From contig CBDVDR010000020.1 in NCBI GenBank assembly GCA_965372795.1, positions 1-62,093 on the forward strand: DNA of 62,093 bases, given 5' to 3'. Positions 19,818 through 30,329 of this stretch are shown piece by piece; position 1 is the stretch's first letter, and the number at the start of each line of letters is the position of its first letter. The notes beneath the pieces are model-generated. The model was given only the letters and a program-made list of their open reading frames with translations, searched no databases and was not told the origin of the DNA. The stretch is from an uncultured bacterium (GTDB lineage Bacteria; Zixibacteria; MSB-5A5; GN15; FEB-12). The translations under genes and the position numbers were made by a program.

Positions 19818-22085
19818 ATGCAACTTTTAAAAACTCGTAGGGTCTTTTCGTTTTTATCTATTTTAATTTCTTTTGTTATGATTTCTTCGGTCTGGTCTAC
19901 AGTCGAAATCCCTCTTGATGAGGAACCAAGACCGAACCCATTGCAAAACTATTCAAGTTCTGACCTGTATTTCCAGTTAACCGATGATATCGCTTTTATA
20001 AAATACACAAGAACCAATAGCGATGATACAAAAGCTACGGTTGACTTTAATATGAAAGCTGATACCACTTTTATTACAAACGCTTTGTTAACTATGCAGG
20101 CGTGTATCGAATACGATCCGGATAGTCTTGAATTTCTTACTGCCTATATGGATTTAGACTCTCTATGGGATGGAGAGTTTACTTTTATCGAGGACAATAC
20201 TGGAGATTTATTCAAAGTTTATCTGGATTTTACCGGAGGATCAATAACTGCTCCAACTGTATTTACTACTTATGCTCAAGTTGAATTTCGACCGTTATGT
20301 CAACCAGAGCTGAATACTGTTGGTTTAGATGTGAGGCAAGGGGATTTTTATTCTTTTGTCACTGATAGTGAAGGTGATAAGTATGTTCCTATTGAAAATT
20401 GTATAGACGATGGAACTGTTTCAACACCGGATTATATATCTGAATTTTTTATTATCGATAGTACCATCTCAGGTAATGTCGGTGATGATATTTGGCTGGT
20501 AGTCAATGGGACTATAAATAGTTTGTCTTATGTTGTTGAATTTTGGGTTAGTTATGATCCTGATATGTTAGAATTTATAGAATATGACCTTTTATCAAAT
20601 TGGGATCATGATCTCGTAAATATAAAGGGTGACACAGCTGTTAGAGTAGCTTTTTATGACATGCAAATAAATCACCCTGAAGAATTTGATGAAGACTTTT
20701 TTAAATTAAAATTCAGATTAAAATGTGATATAGTTGATACAACAACGACTTTATCATTTCTGGATACTTCCTTTGCTTATTTAAAATATGAAATGTCATG
20801 TGCCATTTTGGATAATGGTGAAGATTTTACTGATACCGGAGTAATTGCATTAAATACTTCTTCAGCAGTTAAATTAGCTTATACCGGAAATCCGCTTTCA
20901 AAATCTAATGATGGCGATTCATTGGACTTTGAGATACAAACGAAAGGTACTTTTGAAACCGGTATGGCAAATTCGAGTGACACTGGAATTGCTGTGAATA
21001 TACAATATCCATCCAATTACACCTTCAGCAGTGAAAATGGATCAATTGATATGGGGTGGCAAACAAACGAAGGCTATTATCTATCTTTGGAACAGAATTG
21101 GAATGTTGCATATGATTCCACCTGGCAGTCTTCGGATACATTTATTACCAGGCATCACGTATATTTTGATTGGGATAATAGCAGCTATACGCCTGACTGG
21201 GATGATCAATATATCAGAACCAGCCCTCATGTAGTTGGCGATTATGCTTCTTCCCAGAATAAAACACAATTGCCAAATGTCTTAGGGTGCTTTACACATG
21301 ATTCTGCAAATACAAAACTTACTATCACTGAGACCGATTCAATCCCAGTAATGATGGGTCAGATAGCTGGTGGTATCGGTTATGGCAACGAAGGCTGTCC
21401 AAAACAGAATATTTATGTGAAAAATAATTTCCCATTGGATTCGTTCAGCTTTAATGTCAGTTGTAATTCAAATTTTACAATTATAGGCGTAACTACTTAT
21501 GGTACCGGAGTCTCTTATAGTTCTATAAGTAATCGTAATAAAAAGTTCTACACTACTGGTAGTTTCGCAGGTTTTTCGGCTTCTCAGGATTCGATCAAAG
21601 TTGCGATGATTCAATACTCATGCGCAGAGCTATGTGGCGATGGTTGCGGTGTTGGTGTTTCAATATTTAATCGAATTATGCTGGATTCTGCAAATGCCGA
21701 AGAACAGTATGTTGATTATTATAATGGATCTGTCTCGGGTAATTGCCAATATTGGTCAACCTGCAGTATCGGAGTAGAAAAACAAGTTGAAGAAGAGACT
21801 GGAATTGAAAACAATGGTCTCCCAACCGTGTTTGCTCTGCATCAAAACTATCCTAATCCGTTTAATCCGATAACCACTATCAGCCTTGATCTACCAAAGT
21901 CAAGTGAGTGGACTATTACGATATATAACATCAAAGGACAGATAGTGAAATCATTTGATGGTAATTCACCAGCCGGAACTATATCGGTTGAATGGGATGC
22001 CTCAAATCATGCCTCAGGTATTTATCTATATCGAGCAAATGCCGATGCTTTTGTTGAAACCCGGAAAATGATCTTAATAAAATAA
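19818..22085 (+). CDS. Secreted protein with cohesin-like repeats and T9SS type A sorting domain
   Basis: Strong SD (CAGGAGG), signal peptide, repeated (I/V)xYDPDxLEF, C-terminal LHQNYPNPFNP...ASGIYLYR...RKMILIK. Confidence 0.85.
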   Translation: MQLLKTRRVFSFLSILISFVMISSVWSTVEIPLDEEPRPNPLQNYSSSDLYFQLTDDIAFIKYTRTNSDDTKATVDFNMKADTTFITNALLTMQACIEYDPDSLEFLTAYMDLDSLWDGEFTFIEDNTGDLFKVYLDFTGGSITAPTVFTTYAQVEFRPLCQPELNTVGLDVRQGDFYSFVTDSEGDKYVPIENCIDDGTVSTPDYISEFFIIDSTISGNVGDDIWLVVNGTINSLSYVVEFWVSYDPDMLEFIEYDLLSNWDHDLVNIKGDTAVRVAFYDMQINHPEEFDEDFFKLKFRLKCDIVDTTTTLSFLDTSFAYLKYEMSCAILDNGEDFTDTGVIALNTSSAVKLAYTGNPLSKSNDGDSLDFEIQTKGTFETGMANSSDTGIAVNIQYPSNYTFSSENGSIDMGWQTNEGYYLSLEQNWNVAYDSTWQSSDTFITRHHVYFDWDNSSYTPDWDDQYIRTSPHVVGDYASSQNKTQLPNVLGCFTHDSANTKLTITETDSIPVMMGQIAGGIGYGNEGCPKQNIYVKNNFPLDSFSFNVSCNSNFTIIGVTTYGTGVSYSSISNRNKKFYTTGSFAGFSASQDSIKVAMIQYSCAELCGDGCGVGVSIFNRIMLDSANAEEQYVDYYNGSVSGNCQYWSTCSIGVEKQVEEETGIENNGLPTVFALHQNYPNPFNPITTISLDLPKSSEWTITIYNIKGQIVKSFDGNSPAGTISVEWDASNHASGIYLYRANADAFVETRKMILIK

Positions 22086-22103
22086 GTAATAATCTAACCT
22101 AAG

Positions 22104-22138
22104 AAAAAAACCGGCTAGTTATTGGTCGGTTTTTTTTT
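22104..22138 (+). terminator. Intrinsic terminator, probably bidirectional
   Basis: A7-CCGGCTAG-TTA-TTGGTCGG-T9. Confidence 0.75.
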
Positions 22139-22231
22139 GCAAACCACTGTACCCCAAAGCATACCGTAATTAAATCAGTTATATTGAAATTTTATCCTGA
22201 TAATCATTTAAGGAGGGACTAAAAATTTAAA

Positions 22232-22304
22232 AGCCGGTGACAGGAATCGAACCCGTGACAGGATGATTACAAATCATCTACTCTACCAACTGAGTTACAC
22301 CGGC
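22232..22304 (-). tRNA. tRNA-Thr (anticodon TGT), CCA not encoded
   Basis: GCCGGTG acceptor stem, D-arm ACTCAGTTGGTAGAGT, anticodon arm GATGA-TTTGTAA-TCATC, T-loop GTTCGATTC; TTGACA-N16-TATTAT promoter at 22320-22347. Confidence 0.95.
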
Positions 22305-22386
22305 ATTTAACAGGACAGAATAATACAGTTTTTTCTCATTCTGTCAATACTTAATATTTAATTATTAAAAATAATCTTAAAAATAA

Positions 22387-23790
22387 TTATTTTCTTTTCC
22401 ATTTAACTCCCTGAGCTGTATCCTCAAGGATTATTCCCCGCGCAAGAAGGTCATCTCGGATTTTATCTGCTAAGGCAAAATCTTTGTTTTTTCTGGCATC
22501 GGTTCTTTGAACAATAAGTTCTTCTATTTCATCGTCAATATTTTCATCTTCTTTATTTTCAAAAGTAAAATTCAAGACGGTGTCAATTTTTAGCATCGCC
22601 GCCATTGCCTGATCTCTTTCATCGGCGGAAATCTTATTCTCAGCAATATGACGATTAATATCCCTGACAAAATCAAAAATTGCACCGAGTGCCTCGGATA
22701 TATTCAGATCATCATCAAGAGCTTCCTCGAAGCCTTGAGAAACCTTCTCAATCGCTTTAGCAACCGCTCCACCAGAGTCTTCCCCGCCCGGGAAATCCTT
22801 CAGATGAGCCACAAAATTATTGTACCTCGCCAGAGCCGCCGTAGCAGCATCAAGCCCCGAAAAAGTAAAATTCAGTTGTTGACGATAATGGGTTGCCATA
22901 AGTAAATACCGAACCGCAACATTTGAGTAACCTTTTTCAATAACATCTCTCAAAGTAAAATAATTGCCCAAAGATTTTGACATCTTCTTGCCGTCAACGA
23001 TCAAATACTCACTATGCAGCCAGTAATTGACAAATTTTTCACCTGAAGCACCCTCCGACTGTGCTTTCTCATTTTCATGATGAGGAAACATATTATCAAC
23101 ACCGCCGGTATGAATATCAAAGTGCTGTCCAAGATACTTAACTGACATCGCCGAACATTCAATATGCCAACCGGGGCGACCTTTACCGATATCTGTTTCC
23201 CAGAAAACATCCCCGTCTTTTTCATCCCATGCTTTCCAAAGCGCAAAATCGGAGACTGAATCTTTCTCATATTCATCCGAGGCAACCCGGGCGCCGGCTT
23301 TTAGACCGTCCATATCGAGATTGGCAAGTTTCCCGTAATCAGGAAAGGCTGAAATTTTGAAATAATAATTTCCTTTAATTTCATAAGCCAATCCTTTATC
23401 AACCAGCTTTTTGATAATCTCAACCATTTCCGGAATATGATCAGTTGCTGCCGGATAATGTTCCACCCGTTCAATCCCCAGAGTATCGACATCTTCAAAA
23501 AATGCTTTGATATACTTATCAGTAAATTCCTTTAATGAAATCCCCTGAGACTGTGAGTCACGAATTGTTTTATCATCAATATCCGTCAGATTCATAACCT
23601 GAGTAACATCATATCCTTTATATTTCAAAAACCTTCTGAGAAGGTCTTCAAACATATAAGTTCGAAAATTTCCGATATGAGCAAAGTTGTAGACCGTAGG
23701 CCCACAGGTATACATCCTCACTTTGCCGGATTCAATCGGATTGAATTCTTCTATTACTCTGTTAAAACTATTTTTAAATCTAAGTGCCAT
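22387..23790 (-). CDS. cysS: Cysteine--tRNA ligase
   Basis: CGPTVY, HIGN, GRPGWHIECS, KMSKS. Confidence 0.98.
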   Translation of the reverse strand: MALRFKNSFNRVIEEFNPIESGKVRMYTCGPTVYNFAHIGNFRTYMFEDLLRRFLKYKGYDVTQVMNLTDIDDKTIRDSQSQGISLKEFTDKYIKAFFEDVDTLGIERVEHYPAATDHIPEMVEIIKKLVDKGLAYEIKGNYYFKISAFPDYGKLANLDMDGLKAGARVASDEYEKDSVSDFALWKAWDEKDGDVFWETDIGKGRPGWHIECSAMSVKYLGQHFDIHTGGVDNMFPHHENEKAQSEGASGEKFVNYWLHSEYLIVDGKKMSKSLGNYFTLRDVIEKGYSNVAVRYLLMATHYRQQLNFTFSGLDAATAALARYNNFVAHLKDFPGGEDSGGAVAKAIEKVSQGFEEALDDDLNISEALGAIFDFVRDINRHIAENKISADERDQAMAAMLKIDTVLNFTFENKEDENIDDEIEELIVQRTDARKNKDFALADKIRDDLLARGIILEDTAQGVKWKRK

Positions 23791-23798
23791 TTAAATCT

Positions 23799-24875
23799 TT
23801 AAGCCTCGGTAAGAGAATTAACTGTTTTCTTGTTAAGCTTTTTGACCAGCTCACAAATCAATTTAACTGTATTATCATAATCGGTACGATTCAAAATTCC
23901 ATTATGACTGTGAATATATCTTACCGGAGGACCTATCACCACGGTTGGAACGCCGGTACGATTCATATGAATCCGGGCTCCATCGGTGCAGCCACCTTCC
24001 ATATAAGTCAGATGGAAAGGAATCTTTTTGGATTCTGCGGTTGAAATAACCAAATCTCTTAATTTCAGATTTGGAATCATACAGGCATCAAAGATCAGAA
24101 CCGCCGGACCGCCGCCCATTTTTTCAGCTTTTTTAAATGTGTTTGGTGGAATATCCTGTCCGATTCCCGTATCAACAACAATGCAAACATCCGGTTCACT
24201 CATTTGTGCAACTGTTTGAGCTCCGCGAAGACCGACTTCTTCCTGCACCGAAGCGCCGGCAAGAAGCATATTCGGATGACTTACTTTTTGGAATTTTTTC
24301 AGCACATCAATAGCCACCGCACAACCGACACGGTTATCAAAGGCTTTCGACAAATACATTTTCTGATTACCCATAATAGTAAATTCACTTACCGGAATAA
24401 TCGGGTCGCCTAATTTGATCCCAAGTTTCTTTTTAACATCAAACTTTTCCTGACAGCCAACATCAATAAACATCTCTTTAATTTTCAAAACCTTTTCTCT
24501 GTCTTTGGCTTCCAATAAATGCGGAGGTGTCGAACCGATCACTCCAAGTACGGGACCCTTCGAGGTCATAATTTTCATTCGCTGTCCCAGAGCTACGTGA
24601 CCCCACCATCCTCCCAGAGCTAAAAACTTGATATAACCTTCAGGAGTGATCTCTTTGACCATGAACCCGATCTCATCCATATGACCGATTACCATGACTC
24701 GCGGATCATTACTTGCGCCGGCTTTTGAAGCCATGATTGAACCCATTTTATCACATTCAACAGAATCAGAAAATGGTGACAATTCACGTCTCATTAGCTT
24801 TCTGACTTCATCTTCATAACCGGATACACCGCTCGCCTCAGTAATTTCTTTAAGTAAAAGTTCTGTTTTGTCCAT
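23799..24875 (-). CDS. M42 family metallopeptidase (TET-like)
   Basis: GHMDEIG, KAFDNR, QEEVGLRGA, RYIHS. Confidence 0.93.
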   Translation of the reverse strand: MDKTELLLKEITEASGVSGYEDEVRKLMRRELSPFSDSVECDKMGSIMASKAGASNDPRVMVIGHMDEIGFMVKEITPEGYIKFLALGGWWGHVALGQRMKIMTSKGPVLGVIGSTPPHLLEAKDREKVLKIKEMFIDVGCQEKFDVKKKLGIKLGDPIIPVSEFTIMGNQKMYLSKAFDNRVGCAVAIDVLKKFQKVSHPNMLLAGASVQEEVGLRGAQTVAQMSEPDVCIVVDTGIGQDIPPNTFKKAEKMGGGPAVLIFDACMIPNLKLRDLVISTAESKKIPFHLTYMEGGCTDGARIHMNRTGVPTVVIGPPVRYIHSHNGILNRTDYDNTVKLICELVKKLNKKTVNSLTEA

Positions 24876-24945
24876 GATAATCCTCTATGAGTTACAGTTC
24901 AATTTTTCATTTAGTTTTGAATATACAAAAGAGACAAGGCTACGT

Positions 24946-25686
24946 CTACTCTAAATCAATATGATTTTTAAGTTCGCTCAAATTATCAATAATGCGATTT
25001 GCCAGTGGCATTTTATCAGGATATTCTCTGCCCTCTTTTTGTTTTAAAATCCCCGGCATTCCAACCCGGTTTGGTCCTTCAATATCTTCATAATACCTGT
25101 CGCCGACATAGACACATTCTGTTGGATCACAACCGGCTAATTCGGCGCCCTTAAGAAATATATCTTTATGAGGTTTCCTAAGTTTAAAGCTTGAGCTGAA
25201 AATTTTAAAATCAAAATAATCTATTAATTCAAAACGCTCAAGTTCCCCAAGATGAGCTTCCGCAGGAAATATCGTATTTGAAATCAACCCGATCGTGCCG
25301 ATTTTATCTTTGATCTGTTTCAAAGTTTTAACCGTGTCATCATATACAAACAGTCGTTCTTTGACTCGTAAATAATAAGCCTCAAAAAATGTAGCCACAA
25401 GATTATCACTATTGGAGACATTCAAAACTTCAAATAATTTGTGAGTCGCTTCCGGGATACTCCATTCAATCAGATGTTCGCTGGCTTGTTTTCGGAAACC
25501 TGATTTAACCTGATCAAATATTTCGATAAACAAATCTTCATCCGGCATTTGAAAACCAAGCGAAATCAAACTTTCACGAGCCGACGCCGAACAAAGAATA
25601 TTCAATTCATCCCAGGGGATCACTTCATACTCAATAAGCGTGGAACCTAAATCGAAAATCACGGCCTTTGGAGTTAGTTTTTCCAT
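24946..25686 (-). CDS. HAD family hydrolase
   Basis: IFDLGSTL, ISNT, RKPH, VGDRYYEDI. Confidence 0.88.
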   Translation of the reverse strand: MEKLTPKAVIFDLGSTLIEYEVIPWDELNILCSASARESLISLGFQMPDEDLFIEIFDQVKSGFRKQASEHLIEWSIPEATHKLFEVLNVSNSDNLVATFFEAYYLRVKERLFVYDDTVKTLKQIKDKIGTIGLISNTIFPAEAHLGELERFELIDYFDFKIFSSSFKLRKPHKDIFLKGAELAGCDPTECVYVGDRYYEDIEGPNRVGMPGILKQKEGREYPDKMPLANRIIDNLSELKNHIDLE

Positions 25687-25690
25687 CTTC

Positions 25691-26710
25691 TTAACTTGCC
25701 ATCGCTGATTTTATAATTTGCATAAGTAACTCATCAAATGATATTCCTGCCGCCTTCGCCGCCATTGGGACTAACGAAAGTTCGGTCATGCCCGGTAAAG
25801 TATTTATCTCAAGACAATAGAATTCGTTGTTTTCATCCAGGATGAAATCAACTCTCGCGATTCCGGTGGCGCCGATTATGTTATAAGCTTTCAATGCTGC
25901 TTTTTGTAATTCCTGAGTAAGATCCTTATTTATCTTCGCCGGCACAATATAATCTGATTTACCTTTGGTATATTTTGATTCATAATCATAAAGTTCATTA
26001 TGTGGTTTTATTTCTACAACCGGGAACGCTTTACCATCCAAAATAGAAACGGTAACTTCTCTCCCTTGAATAAATTCTTCAACAAGAATACTTGAGGTGG
26101 AAATACCGGCTTTTTTTAAAGCCGCCAGCAAATCTTTTTCATCATTAACTTTGGAAAGCCCTACCGTCGAACCGCCATCATTCGGTTTAACAATAATCGG
26201 ACAATGGAATTTATGAGAAATTTCCGTTACCAGCCGATCATCAATATGATCATGTCGCAAATGATAAACTGACCAATTGGGCGTTTTGATATTTTCGGCC
26301 ATCATAAGTTTTTTTGTAATCGCTTTATCCATCGCTATTGCCGAGGCGGTCATACCCGACCCGGTATATTTTTTTCCGGCAAGTTCCAGCAGACATTGCA
26401 TGGTACCGTTTTCCCCGATACCCCCATGAAGGGCTAAATAAACAACATCTATATCCTGAAATCCGGGAGAACTGATTGTCGTTACAATTGTCCGGACATC
26501 TACTTTGCCGTTGCTATTTAGTTTTAAATCTTCATTTGCCGTAAAATCCAAATACTGCCCGTCATTGCCTACCAGCGATTTATTAGTCGCCGGATCAATC
26601 GCAAAAACTGTATGCTCCTGATTCATCAACGATTCATATATTGCCTGACCGGTAGTTAATGAAACTTCCCTTTCATTTGAATTTCCACCGGCAAGTAAAA
26701 GTATCTTCAT
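25691..26710 (-). CDS. ddl: D-alanine--D-alanine ligase
   Basis: GGNSNEREVS, LHGGIGENG, YDYESKY, LEINTLPGMT. Confidence 0.96.
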   Translation of the reverse strand: MKILLLAGGNSNEREVSLTTGQAIYESLMNQEHTVFAIDPATNKSLVGNDGQYLDFTANEDLKLNSNGKVDVRTIVTTISSPGFQDIDVVYLALHGGIGENGTMQCLLELAGKKYTGSGMTASAIAMDKAITKKLMMAENIKTPNWSVYHLRHDHIDDRLVTEISHKFHCPIIVKPNDGGSTVGLSKVNDEKDLLAALKKAGISTSSILVEEFIQGREVTVSILDGKAFPVVEIKPHNELYDYESKYTKGKSDYIVPAKINKDLTQELQKAALKAYNIIGATGIARVDFILDENNEFYCLEINTLPGMTELSLVPMAAKAAGISFDELLMQIIKSAMAS

Positions 26711-27339
26711 GCTGTCCCCTGTTTGACTTTCTTTATCTTACTAATTATAAACCAGAGAATTATGAAAATCAATATCGGCCAAAAAATTAAATTATATGTC
26801 TTTACATAATATGTTATTTTATCGAAATTTTCAACCAGCGCAATTGCGATATACATCAACAGTCCGCCAAATAAGATATACGATATAATCGAATAAATAA
26901 GCATCAGAAATCCATTAAACTTACTTATCCCCGAAACTATCGCCAATCCTGACCGAATCCCGATTACAAACCTTGAAAATATTATTATCAGCACGCCCCA
27001 TTTATGGAATTTCTCTTCCATCACAAAAATATCTTTAGCTGAGAAATATTTGTAATCTTTCTTAACAAAATATTCCCGTCCATATTTAGTACCGAAAAAA
27101 TATAAAACCATAACCGAACTGACTCCTCCGGCGATGATTGTCAATGATGCGGTTACTAAATCAAGTCGATCAACGGCGACCAACCCCCCGGCGGCTAAAA
27201 TAAAGGTATCACCCGGAAAGGGCGGAAAAATATTTTCAATAAAACAGGCTATAAAAATTACCGCATAAACTGTGAATGCTCCAAACGCAAAGAAATAGTC
27301 CAGATACTCATTTATTTGTACTAAACTTTCGCCCATCAC
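26707..27339 (-). CDS. DedA family membrane protein
   Basis: [18 protein letters not shown]. Confidence 0.9.
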   Translation of the reverse strand: MMGESLVQINEYLDYFFAFGAFTVYAVIFIACFIENIFPPFPGDTFILAAGGLVAVDRLDLVTASLTIIAGGVSSVMVLYFFGTKYGREYFVKKDYKYFSAKDIFVMEEKFHKWGVLIIIFSRFVIGIRSGLAIVSGISKFNGFLMLIYSIISYILFGGLLMYIAIALVENFDKITYYVKTYNLIFWPILIFIILWFIISKIKKVKQGTA

Positions 27340-27809
27340 TTTGCAATCAGACAGATTGCCGAGACTGCGATGCCCTCTTCTCTGCCGGTGAAACCTAATT
27401 TTTCGGTGGTAGTTGCTTTAACACTAACCTGATCCAGATCAAGCCGTAAAATTTCTGCGATGCGCTGACGGATTGAAATAATATGCGGAGCAAACTTCGG
27501 CTGTTCAGCCATGATCGTAGAATCAATATTTATAATCTTATTGTAACCATTTTCTGATAAAATTTTATGCACTTCTTTTAATAACTTCGCTGAATCAGCA
27601 TCTTTGAACTTCTGATCCAAGGGTGGAAAATGCTGCCCAATATCCCCCAATGCTGCCGCTCCCAGAAGAGCATCCATTATCGCATGAAGCAACACATCGG
27701 CATCGCTGTGACCCTCAAGACCTTTTTCAAACGGAATAGTCACTCCGCCGATAATCAGCTTGCGATTCTCTACTAACCGATGAACATCAAATCCGTAACC
27801 GACTCTCAT
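27336..27809 (-). CDS. ispF: 2-C-methyl-D-erythritol 2,4-cyclodiphosphate synthase
   Basis: [28 protein letters not shown]. Confidence 0.97.
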   Translation of the reverse strand: MRVGYGFDVHRLVENRKLIIGGVTIPFEKGLEGHSDADVLLHAIMDALLGAAALGDIGQHFPPLDQKFKDADSAKLLKEVHKILSENGYNKIINIDSTIMAEQPKFAPHIISIRQRIAEILRLDLDQVSVKATTTEKLGFTGREEGIAVSAICLIAK

Positions 27810-28501
27810 TATTGACCTGTCTCTTTTTTAAGGATCGCCTCAACAATCAGCAGATCCTCAGAATTAGTAACTTTCATATTCAAACCGGAGGGCTCGACAA
27901 TTGTCACTTTAAACCCTCGCTGTTCAATTAACGAAGCGTCATCGGTAAAGTCGACTTTTTTATTTTCAGCCTCTTTATGAGCTTCCATAATCAGATCGTA
28001 TTGAAAAACCTGCGGAGTTTCGGCATTATACAGATTTTCGCGGTCAACTGTTGAGATTATATGATTTTCAACCACCCGTTTCATGGTGTCTCTGGTTTTT
28101 GAGGCTATTATCACTGCCCGTTCGGTTTTGGCGGTTTCGATAGCTCGGTCTATATCATTCGGTTGAATCAACACTCGGGCGCCGTCATGGATCGCTACCA
28201 CCGAAGTCGAGGTCGGGATTGCCTTGAGTCCGTTTAGGACCGATTCCTGTCTGGTTTCTCCACCTTTGATAATTTTGGATACTTTACTGAACCCGTACGG
28301 ATCGACAACATGTTCTGAGGTATACAACAGATAATCTTCCGCTACGACTAATACGATATTGTTAATTTGACTGGCTTTTTCAAATCTTTCGATTGCCCAT
28401 GATAGAAGTGGTCGACCGCAGACGGTTTTGAACTGTTTGGGAACCTCTCCCCCGAATCTTTTACCTGATCCGGCGGCAACGATAATGGCAGAATTCTTCA
28501 T
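27809..28501 (-). CDS. ispD: 2-C-methyl-D-erythritol 4-phosphate cytidylyltransferase
   Basis: [37 protein letters not shown]. Confidence 0.96.
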   Translation of the reverse strand: MKNSAIIVAAGSGKRFGGEVPKQFKTVCGRPLLSWAIERFEKASQINNIVLVVAEDYLLYTSEHVVDPYGFSKVSKIIKGGETRQESVLNGLKAIPTSTSVVAIHDGARVLIQPNDIDRAIETAKTERAVIIASKTRDTMKRVVENHIISTVDRENLYNAETPQVFQYDLIMEAHKEAENKKVDFTDDASLIEQRGFKVTIVEPSGLNMKVTNSEDLLIVEAILKKETGQ

Positions 28502-28571
28502 ACTCCGAATATGAAACGATATGGCGTATAAGTCAACTTAAGAGATATGAAGGTGATATTTATTGAACTAA

Positions 28572-28958
28572 TCAAATAAAGTAAAATACTAATACTAATA
28601 TTTCAAAACATACAACTGGATAAATGAAAATTTTCTTTTTTCTTTTCAAATTAGATAAGCAATATTCTATTCTATCTGGTATATTTAATTTTTCTACCCA
28701 CATTATAATATTTACTATAAAAAAAAGTATAACCATAATTATATTAATTATCATTATAGTATCTTTCATAAGTTGTTCTAAAGATTTTTCAGCCAAAATT
28801 TCTTCTAAAATCACCGGAATTCCAATTCGTCTTCTGATAAAAATATAAATTCCTAAAAGAAATAATGAACTTAAATACATGAAGATTGTAAATACTATCT
28901 CTTTAAATTTTCTTACGTGTTCATCTTGAATTGTATTTTCACTTTGTTTGTTTTCCAT
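28572..28958 (-). CDS. Hypothetical membrane protein (array 1 cargo)
   Basis: AT-rich, three TM segments; start reassigned to ATG 28958 (SD AGAGG) because the longer ORF runs into the repeat. Confidence 0.65.
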   Translation of the reverse strand: MENKQSENTIQDEHVRKFKEIVFTIFMYLSSLFLLGIYIFIRRRIGIPVILEEILAEKSLEQLMKDTIMIINIIMVILFFIVNIIMWVEKLNIPDRIEYCLSNLKRKKKIFIYPVVCFEILVLVFYFI

Positions 28959-28982
28959 CGAACCTCTATATCTCTGTGACCC

Positions 28983-29054
28983 GCAGACGCCCTCGTCTGC
29001 CCCTTTCAATAATTGTCAGAAGCACATCCGCCTAGGCGGACTGACCTACTCAAC
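28983..29054. repeat. REP-like doublet R1
   Basis: GCAGACG-CCCT-CGTCTGC hairpin plus GTCAGAAGC...CTGAC-CTAC-TCAAC, with nested palindrome TCCGCCTAGGCGGA. Confidence 0.85.
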
Positions 29055-29056
29055 TA

Positions 29057-29962
29057 TTACCACTTTATCGGAACAAATTCTGATTTAAATGTGTTATCAT
29101 CTATATTTCCGATGATAATAACAAGTGTATCTCTGGCTTCTGCAAATGAGTTTATCCAAAAGGGTGATTTATAATTTGTTATTTTTTCTAATCCTTTATC
29201 TTTAGAATACATCCAAATGTTAGCTAAATCATCGTCAGTAAAATTTCTTCTAAGAAATAAAACAGGAAGGTTAGAGTTTTTTTGGTAAGGTCCAACATCA
29301 TGCGTTTGAGTAAAATAGGGTACATCTAAATAGTTTTTATTAATATCATAAATTCCAATATTGGAATAAGATTCATCTCCATCTGGATTATCTACACTTA
29401 TTTCCAAGAGTAAATTTTTCCCATCTCCAGAAAAACCTGAAATATTTGTATTATCAACAGAAAGTAATGTATCAACACTCTCTTGTCCAATTTTAACTAA
29501 TAATGTTCCTCCTTTTAAACCTGTTGTAGAAAAAGTTATCAAAGAGTCTTTCATGTTTACATCATAAATATCCGTAAATATTTGAAATCTATTCGAATCA
29601 GTCATGCATGAAGTGAAAAAAGTATCAATGACATTAGACTCAGAAATTGTAAGCTCAATGAAATAATAACAATATTCATCATCATTAATATAATAAAATT
29701 TATTAGGATCTTTTCCTACAATTCTTGAATCTGTATAAATAGAATCAAGAACAGTATAATCGATATAATTGTTTGAATCATATTCGACTACATAATATTT
29801 ATTTAATTCTGTCTTAGAATCCCTTTCTTTAAATAAAAAGACATATTTTATTTTCACAAATTCTCTTAAGTTAATAGAGTTTTCAGTAGAACAAGCGATA
29901 ATATTTATTAAGAGAGATATAATAAATAATATATAATATTTTCTAATGCATTTGATTTTCAT
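29057..29962 (-). CDS. Hypothetical lipoprotein (array 1 cargo)
   Basis: SD GGAGG before ATG 29962; signal peptide with lipobox-like IIAC; beta-rich body. Confidence 0.7.
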   Translation of the reverse strand: MKIKCIRKYYILFIISLLINIIACSTENSINLREFVKIKYVFLFKERDSKTELNKYYVVEYDSNNYIDYTVLDSIYTDSRIVGKDPNKFYYINDDEYCYYFIELTISESNVIDTFFTSCMTDSNRFQIFTDIYDVNMKDSLITFSTTGLKGGTLLVKIGQESVDTLLSVDNTNISGFSGDGKNLLLEISVDNPDGDESYSNIGIYDINKNYLDVPYFTQTHDVGPYQKNSNLPVLFLRRNFTDDDLANIWMYSKDKGLEKITNYKSPFWINSFAEARDTLVIIIGNIDDNTFKSEFVPIKW

Positions 29963-29976
29963 AACCTCCGTTATTG

Positions 29977-30043
29977 GCAGACGCCCTCGTCTACCCCGTT
30001 CTCTTATGATGTCAGGAGCGCACGGCTCCAAACCTACTCAAAC
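29977..30043. repeat. REP-like doublet R2
   Basis: GCAGACG-CCCT-CGTCTAC plus GTCAGGAGC-GCACG-GCTCCAAAC-CTAC-TCAAAC. Confidence 0.85.
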
Positions 30044-30055
30044 TAAATTTTAAAT

Positions 30056-30220
30056 TCAATTTCTATTTAAAAAGGATCCTAGTAATACTAGAACAAATGT
30101 AATACTAAATAGAATAATTCCTATATAGTTAGGAGGGGATAATATTATTATCAAACAGAAAAATATTGTACTAATAATTAAAGTAGCTAATATTATAAGC
30201 AGTCTTTTTTTTTGATCCAT
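30056..30220 (-). CDS. Small two-TM membrane protein, 54 aa, not in the ORF track (array 1 cargo)
   Basis: MDQKKRLLIILATLIISTIFFCLIIILSPPNYIGIILFSITFVLVLLGSFLNRN*; fills the interval between R3 and R2; purine-rich GGAAGAAGA before ATG. Confidence 0.6.
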   Translation of the reverse strand: MDQKKRLLIILATLIISTIFFCLIIILSPPNYIGIILFSITFVLVLLGSFLNRN

Positions 30221-30236
30221 TCTTCTTCCATAGTCA

Positions 30237-30300
30237 GCAGACGTCCTCGTCTGCCCCGTTCAATAATTGTCAGGAGCACACGGCTCTTGACCTACTCGAC
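30237..30300. repeat. REP-like doublet R3
   Basis: GCAGACG-TCCT-CGTCTGC plus GTCAGGAGC-ACACG-GCTCTTGAC-CTAC-TCGAC. Confidence 0.85.
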
Positions 30301-30329
30301 TATATTTAATTGCTGTAATTTCATTTTCA

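Noticed and set aside
22140..22304. Island integrated at tRNA-Thr
   Set aside because: No duplicated tRNA 3' end and no integrase seen
28959..30031. N-terminal extensions of ORF-track entries 28572..29009 and 29057..30031
   Set aside because: The extensions are translations of REP DNA; downstream ATGs have SD motifs
28983..30300. Integron attC sites
   Set aside because: A GTTRRRY-like GTTGAGT lies at the wrong end of the repeat relative to the genes, there is no matching RYYYAAC/GTTRRRY pair enclosing one long hairpin, and no intI is present
28983..30300. CRISPR array
   Set aside because: Repeats are about 65-70 bp, degenerate and separated by whole genes; no cas genes
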